64,000 nucleotides of DNA. It comes from an archaeon. GTDB lineage: Archaea; Nanobdellota; Nanobdellia; Woesearchaeales; GW2011-AR9. Position 1 is the stretch's first letter. The number at the start of each line of letters is the position of its first letter. The stretch spans positions 56,482-120,481 of the forward strand of contig JABHQR010000011.1 in assembly GCA_018696395.1 (NCBI GenBank), written 5' to 3'. Below the pieces are notes generated by a model. That model did no database searches and was not told the origin of the DNA. It saw only the letters and a program-made list of their open reading frames with translations. The position numbers and the translations under genes are program-made. Of this stretch, positions 58,798 through 64,000 are shown piece by piece.

Positions 58798-60011
58798 TTA
58801 TTATCCAATAAAACATAATTTGATTCTAAACCTTCTGAACATTGCAAACCTATTACAACATAACTTACTTCTTGAGGTGTGATATTACAATTAGGTTCAT
58901 TAAATACTTCTTCTCCATTTAAGTAGCCTTTAGAACCTGTTTCTCCAATTTGTAATTCTAATTCTTTAAATGAGTCTCCTAAATCAATATCTCCTTCAAA
59001 ATAATCTTCTTCAGTAGAACAAATAATTGAATTGTTATTGTTAATTCCAAAATTAAACGAAGAAGTATAATCTGATTTCAATCCAGTAAATCCTATTTTA
59101 GCATTACTATTACTATTAACTCTTACTGGGCTTTTAAGATATATTGTTTCCCCGCTAAAATTAATTTCGCCAGTCTGAATTCCGCCTACTTCCAAAAATA
59201 GATAACCATCATTAAGATTGTACTCCCCTGCAACCTGAGGCCATTTCCCGCTATCCAACGCACTTCCATTAAAATCATCACAAAACAATTCATCACCAGT
59301 ACACACATCCACACTCTCGCAAGGTTCTTCTCGGCATACTAACAGTTCTGACATTGTCCAGTTGTTAGCTACATAATAATCGAAATAGTCACACTTATCA
59401 ACCAATTCATAATCTGCTAAAATGTCGGCAATAAGTTCAAGTTGATCTTTGATACTTTCCATCTTACTAACAAATTCATAACCTGCTTGTCCACTGGTAA
59501 GTCCTGCACCGATTTTCAAAACTTTCATTGCATTATCTGCTTGAGCTTCTAGTTCTTCTTTAGAATAACAACCTAAATATTGATACTCATCAAAACTTCC
59601 ATCTTCAATAGATTCTGACCATTCGTCTAACGCAGAAACATCGTCAGGATTACTTTCGTGGATAGAATCCCAATATACTAAATTGTCAGACTTGGCAAAC
59701 AATTCTAAGTCTAATCCGGAATTGTGATCTCTACATTTAAAATTTTCAAAATAATTTCCATTAGGGTCAGAAACAGAAAATGCTTCAAACCTGTTACTGT
59801 CAGCAAAAGTTACCAAAACTCCTTCGATTGGTTGTTCAGTTTCAGAATCGAAAATGTATACAGGAACATCTTCTTTAGATTGATCATCGTAATGGTTAGC
59901 GATACCTTGAGAATTGGTAGTTGCTTCTTTAACAAGAATTTCAAGATCTTGATTGCTAGGATCTTTACAATTGATTGCAGTTAATGCCAGTAATGGAATG
60001 TATTTTTTCAT
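58794..60011 (-). CDS. Lipoprotein-like secreted protein with C-terminal ConA/lectin-like domain
   Basis: Likely start MKKYIPLLALTAINC (ATG 60011), QPIEGVLVT, and FCDDFNGSALDSGKW. Confidence 0.7.
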   Translation of the reverse strand: MKKYIPLLALTAINCKDPSNQDLEILVKEATTNSQGIANHYDDQSKEDVPVYIFDSETEQPIEGVLVTFADSNRFEAFSVSDPNGNYFENFKCRDHNSGLDLELFAKSDNLVYWDSIHESNPDDVSALDEWSESIEDGSFDEYQYLGCYSKEELEAQADNAMKVLKIGAGLTSGQAGYEFVSKMESIKDQLELIADILADYELVDKCDYFDYYVANNWTMSELLVCREEPCESVDVCTGDELFCDDFNGSALDSGKWPQVAGEYNLNDGYLFLEVGGIQTGEINFSGETIYLKSPVRVNSNSNAKIGFTGLKSDYTSSFNFGINNNNSIICSTEEDYFEGDIDLGDSFKELELQIGETGSKGYLNGEEVFNEPNCNITPQEVSYVVIGLQCSEGLESNYVLLDNN

Positions 60012-60073
60012 GAGTTTCACCTTTACTACTTGAAAGTGTGAATTTTTATTTAAATATTGTGGTGGGAAATGAA

Positions 60074-60089
60074 TTGAACATATGTTCAA
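60074..60089. promoter_or_regulatory. Perfect 16-bp palindrome between divergent genes
   Basis: TTGAACATATGTTCAA, followed by a second AACATATGT. Confidence 0.45.
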
Positions 60090-60182
60090 CATATGTGTCG
60101 TATAATACTATATGGCTTAATTATTTATACCTCTTAGATAGATTTAGATCATTTTAAACAAATGAGGGGTTAAAAAACAAAA

Positions 60183-60524
60183 ATGGTTGAAGCATTAGAA
60201 AGAATGTTAGAATTAGTTCCTAAAATTGGGACAACACGAGAATATAACACTATTGACATTTTAACAAGTGGATATTCTCAAATGGATTGTGGTAAGTGTG
60301 GTTTTTTCTGTCATCACGATAGGTATCATATGGATCAAAGTGATTTTGGTCAAATTAAACCAACTCCAATTGGTGGTGTAATACCTTATGGGAATTTGAC
60401 TGAATTAGGGGGAGATGTGCACGATACATTTAAAAATGATCGTTATGATAATATTTATGGTGGTCATACTACAATTAAATTGCCTGAAGTAAAACCATTA
60501 AGAATACCTTGGAAAGATGATTAA
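60183..60524 (+). CDS. Small hypothetical protein (Cys/His-rich)
   Basis: 113 aa, GAGGGG SD, CGKCGFFCHH and VHDTF..GGHTT. Confidence 0.7.
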   Translation: MVEALERMLELVPKIGTTREYNTIDILTSGYSQMDCGKCGFFCHHDRYHMDQSDFGQIKPTPIGGVIPYGNLTELGGDVHDTFKNDRYDNIYGGHTTIKLPEVKPLRIPWKDD

Positions 60525-60843
60525 ACTTAAATTAATTGGATTAGGAAATAATGGGTATTGGAATTATTTTATATTTCAAAAGGATAATCATTTCTTATCT
60601 ATTTTTCCAACATTATTAGAAAAGCTAGATCTAAGCAAAACTAGTTCTTTACATGAATTTGTAGAAGAGAAATATGATATTAATGAAAAAGTAGACTTAT
60701 TAGAACAAACTCAAAACCAATCTTATGATTTAGAAATATTTTACGGAAAAGACAAAATAATCGTAGTGATTAGAACTGAAGAAAAAAATAGAGAAGATGT
60801 TCTTGATAAAATAAAAGATATCTCTGAATTTAAAGGATTTTAA
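60517..60843 (+). CDS. Small hypothetical protein
   Basis: 108 aa, 8-nt overlap with the upstream gene. Confidence 0.7.
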   Translation: MIKLKLIGLGNNGYWNYFIFQKDNHFLSIFPTLLEKLDLSKTSSLHEFVEEKYDINEKVDLLEQTQNQSYDLEIFYGKDKIIVVIRTEEKNREDVLDKIKDISEFKGF

Positions 60844-60855
60844 ATCTTAAATAAA

Positions 60856-61437
60856 ATGTTAGATCATTACCTGCCAGAAAGTTCTTCATTAATTATTCAT
60901 AGTTCTGACTCTTGGTTAAGATTCATTAAACATAGAAAATCTAACAAAAATTTAGATGGGACTTATTTACCAAGAACGTTAACTGCTCACCTAAAAGAAG
61001 ATACACCTTATTTTGAAATTAATAAATTCCATGAGTATTATGGACATGGTGGTTTTTGTGAACATTCTCAAATTGGAGATAGAATTGTTCAGTATGAATT
61101 AGAACTTAAAGAAATTGAAAAACAAATTATTGGGTCTGATAAGTTTCAAGATAATTCATCATTCAAATTATCAAAAAATCATCAACAATTTAATCAATAT
61201 GTTACATTAAGAAAAGAGTTTGATAATTATTTTAATCAGCATCATAATTATTATGAAGGTTATGCTTATTGGTTAGAAAAATATTTTTCATTAGAATCTG
61301 GTTTGGGTGAATTATATCAAATAAGGGAAAGAACATTCATTGAACCATTTTATTTACAATTAGTTGCTTCTTTCAATGATTTTGTTAAGAAAAATTCTAT
61401 CAATGCTTTGTTGGACAAGATGGGTTTTTTAGTTTAA
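60856..61437 (+). CDS. Hypothetical protein
   Basis: 193-aa ORF. Confidence 0.65.
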   Translation: MLDHYLPESSSLIIHSSDSWLRFIKHRKSNKNLDGTYLPRTLTAHLKEDTPYFEINKFHEYYGHGGFCEHSQIGDRIVQYELELKEIEKQIIGSDKFQDNSSFKLSKNHQQFNQYVTLRKEFDNYFNQHHNYYEGYAYWLEKYFSLESGLGELYQIRERTFIEPFYLQLVASFNDFVKKNSINALLDKMGFLV

Positions 61438-61602
61438 TTCTATCACTAACTTAACCTTTTCCCCAACTTGTAATTTACAATTCACTTCTCTGCCTTCAAA
61501 GAATCCTTCTGCATGTCTTAGGTGTTTGATTAAGTACAAATAAGGCACGCCTTTTTTTACTTGAACTTTCCTAGTAAATTCAAATATAGTTTTATCGATC
61601 AA
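61429..61602 (-). CDS. 57-aa protein, AbrB/swapped-hairpin-like
   Basis: Manual translation from TTG after a GAGGAGG SD: MIDKTIFEFTRKVQVKKGVPYLYLIKHLRHAEGFFEGREVNCKLQVGEKVKLVIELN. Below the ORF-track cut-off. Confidence 0.55.
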   Translation of the reverse strand: MIDKTIFEFTRKVQVKKGVPYLYLIKHLRHAEGFFEGREVNCKLQVGEKVKLVIELN

Positions 61603-61756
61603 ATAGCCCTCCTCTTCTTAGGCTATCACCCCATTTTTTTTACAAAAGCTCTGATTACAGTATATTTAGCTTCACCATCTTCACTGATTCTTGAAGGAAC
61701 TTCTTTAAGATAAACAAGATAATTTTCATTTGTTAACTTTTTTTACTTGGATTTTT

Positions 61757-62083
61757 TTAATTAAACTTAATCTCAAATGGGTCATGGCAAGAGTCGTAAA
61801 GTCTAACACCTATAGGGTGATCATTATCTAAATGCCAAGTACATACCATATATTCATTTCCATAACTACAATCTACTTGATCAGCTTTACAATCATGATT
61901 TTTTGTAATCAAATACATCCCATAAATTGTTTCTGGTGCAGCAACTGTAACATCATAATTACTTAATGTTGTATGTTCAACATTATAATAAATTTCGTTA
62001 ATAATTGGATTTTCTGTATCGCAAACATTTTCTTTGCATCCAATTGTTAATGCTAATAATCCCATTAATAGTTTTTCTTTCAT
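61757..62083 (-). CDS. Small lipoprotein-like protein
   Basis: MKEKLLMGLLALTIGC lipobox-like N-terminus; several cysteines. Confidence 0.7.
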   Translation of the reverse strand: MKEKLLMGLLALTIGCKENVCDTENPIINEIYYNVEHTTLSNYDVTVAAPETIYGMYLITKNHDCKADQVDCSYGNEYMVCTWHLDNDHPIGVRLYDSCHDPFEIKFN

Positions 62084-62106
62084 TTTTATCTCGTTAATTT
62101 AATGTT

Positions 62107-63066
62107 TTATAATTGATCTAATAAAGAAGAAGTTAATTTTCCAGTAACCAATTTGATAGTTCCATTTTTTAAGTTTCTATCAATTTCAGGATAGGAAACA
62201 TTTTTTAGTCTAGCATGCATTAGGTATAATAAATCATGAGCATAAGTTACATTTCCATCCCAACCAAAACCATCTCTTAATTGCCAAGATTCTTTTGTTA
62301 ATTTTTCATATTCTGATAAGTGATTATATAAGAATGCTCTAAGGATTTTAGGAGCATTTTCTGAATCAGGAGATTCAAAATGAATTGAAAATAAAGTAAA
62401 CAGTTCATTAATATATCTTTTTGCTAAATTAAACTTTTTCCTGAATATTAACCCTTCAACAATATGTTGGTACCAAAGGAAAAGGAAAAGTAAAGCTTCA
62501 GGGAGGTGAGGGATTGTAAGAATTTCATCATATTTTTTTTCAATTACTTTTATGATTGGATATAAACTTGTACTTTTAGGGCCAGAATAGTATGTTTTTA
62601 TCCATCTACCCATATCATCTTGGTCCATTTGAAGTAATCTTTGACCTAAATCTTGCCAATCTGTCTTTGGTGAAACTCCTGCTAATTCACAGATTTCAAT
62701 ATAAATAGGAGATTCTGTGTAATCTCTTTTTTTAATTAGTTCATCTAACTTTTCAGAAATTTGCTCTTCCTCACCAACAAAGATTGATAATTTTTCTAAA
62801 TGTCTATCTTTTAATTCAGAAACTTCTTTTTTGTAAATTGCTTGTAATTCAGCAAGTAGAACATAAATTTTTGATTTTTCTTGATGTGATAATTCTTTAT
62901 TTTTTCTAACTCTTTTGTAAATGTTTCTTTCTAATTTTCTTAACTGTTCAATTAATTGTTTAATTTGTTCTTCATTTTTTGATTTAATAGCATTCAATAA
63001 AGAAATGGAGTTTGCTCTAACTGTTTTTATTAAATCAATTATCACTTTTTCTTTATTAGTTACCAT
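62107..63066 (-). CDS. Hypothetical protein with N-terminal coiled coil
   Basis: 319-aa ORF. Confidence 0.7.
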   Translation of the reverse strand: MVTNKEKVIIDLIKTVRANSISLLNAIKSKNEEQIKQLIEQLRKLERNIYKRVRKNKELSHQEKSKIYVLLAELQAIYKKEVSELKDRHLEKLSIFVGEEEQISEKLDELIKKRDYTESPIYIEICELAGVSPKTDWQDLGQRLLQMDQDDMGRWIKTYYSGPKSTSLYPIIKVIEKKYDEILTIPHLPEALLFLFLWYQHIVEGLIFRKKFNLAKRYINELFTLFSIHFESPDSENAPKILRAFLYNHLSEYEKLTKESWQLRDGFGWDGNVTYAHDLLYLMHARLKNVSYPEIDRNLKNGTIKLVTGKLTSSLLDQL

Positions 63067-63119
63067 TTTTTTTAATTTTGGTTGATAATAATATAAATAA
63101 TCTTCTATAATAGCCTAAC

Positions 63120-64000
63120 TTAATCTCCCTTAACTAACTTTTGTTTTGTATTACAATATTTTCTAACTGAGCCCATACTCGGTCCAATGAAAACTGGAAT
63201 GGTATAAGATTTATGGTCTAGTTCGGTTAAATAATCTGAGGGGTTATTTAGTTTTGTTCTAACATAAATTTCCATATCGATTTGTTCTGCTTGAGAAATA
63301 ATCGCTTGTTTAGCTATATCTTTACAACTTTCATCTAACCAAGATAAATCAACTTTATTTTCAATACTATCTTTTTCTGAGGTGAATATAACTGGATATT
63401 GTGATGGATATTCAAATGTAACATGTCCTTCCAGGCTTTGATATTGGCCACTGAAGTTCAAACTAGTTTCAATCATAATCTGAACATCAACTTCTTCAGA
63501 AGACCTTGATTCTAAAATTTCCCCATACAAAAAGATTTCTCTTTGAGCTAAATTATGCCATAAGATTTGTTCATCAATAAAATGTGATGGGTTAATTGAT
63601 TTTAAAAATTCATAACTAATGGTGTGTTCTGTATATTTCTCTTCTGATTCTAAAACATTAACATTATCTAAATCTAAGGTGTACATAACAACTTCTTCAA
63701 TGTTATAAACTTCAACGACATCTTCAATATTAACTCCAAATCTGACTAAATTTAGATCATAATTTACTGCAATAGAATCTGATAATTGATGTCTCGGATG
63801 TTCTCTTGTTTCTAAACTGGTTCTTATTACTTTGGTCCAAGTAGCACGATTATCATAAATTCTAACTTCTGGTGAGTTTTCATCTAACATTTTCAATGTA
63901 GGGTAATAAATTACTTCTTGGTTTGAACCTTTTTGAGTTAAATAATAAGTATAATCAGAATTAAAATTATCAGAATTCATTCCTACTGTAAGTAATAATG
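63120..64000 (-). CDS. Hypothetical protein, probably 5'-truncated by the window edge
   Basis: The frame stays open from ATG 63980 to the window end (..LLLTVG-M). Confidence 0.65.
   Translation of the reverse strand, partial: LLLTVGMNSDNFNSDYTYYLTQKGSNQEVIYYPTLKMLDENSPEVRIYDNRATWTKVIRTSLETREHPRHQLSDSIAVNYDLNLVRFGVNIEDVVEVYNIEEVVMYTLDLDNVNVLESEEKYTEHTISYEFLKSINPSHFIDEQILWHNLAQREIFLYGEILESRSSEEVDVQIMIETSLNFSGQYQSLEGHVTFEYPSQYPVIFTSEKDSIENKVDLSWLDESCKDIAKQAIISQAEQIDMEIYVRTKLNNPSDYLTELDHKSYTIPVFIGPSMGSVRKYCNTKQKLVKGD

Noticed and set aside
5159-59984. Short antisense or alternate-frame ORFs inside long genes (e.g. 5159, 9162, 10156, 25810, 34430, 40233, 52831, 59724)
   Set aside because: Nested in well-supported genes, with composition typical of shadow frames.
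61620-61745. Short minus-strand reading frame (KLTNENYLVYLKEVPSRISEDGEAKYTVIRAFVKKMG)
   Set aside because: No start codon after the upstream in-frame stop; at most a gene remnant.

Overview
AT-rich, gene-dense chromosomal segment that looks archaeal, most likely DPANN/Woesearchaeota-like (inference). Support: an intron-containing tRNA-Leu(TAG) without encoded CCA, TATA boxes about 20-26 nt before many ATGs, KG|Q class III signal peptides, and a HEPN/MNT pair. Housekeeping genes include a DEAD-box helicase, pyrD, nth, hppA, mutS, metG, a site-2 protease and a PLP aminotransferase. Four accessory blocks stand out. (1) 30-8620: a six-gene MoxR-type AAA+ / HEXXH-VWA locus. Its four other genes (three paralogs and one beta-helix protein) all begin with the same ~15-aa N-terminal tag; this is the best candidate for an undescribed system. 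(2) 16758-23414: a five-gene operon with three paralogs sharing an unnamed domain and two Xis-like HTH proteins, one fused to a methyltransferase-like fold. (3) 37207-39372: a ShosTA-like DprA + HAD-PRTase pair. (4) 44634-58797: giant acidic surface proteins with a HEPN-MNT module inserted among them. Also present are a catalytic-domain-only class I LysRS paralog, a CX10CX2C radical SAM protein, an M23 peptidase, a DenV pseudogene and a shared palindromic operator. I saw no CRISPR array, rRNA or transposase. All family calls come from motif recognition by eye, not database searches.
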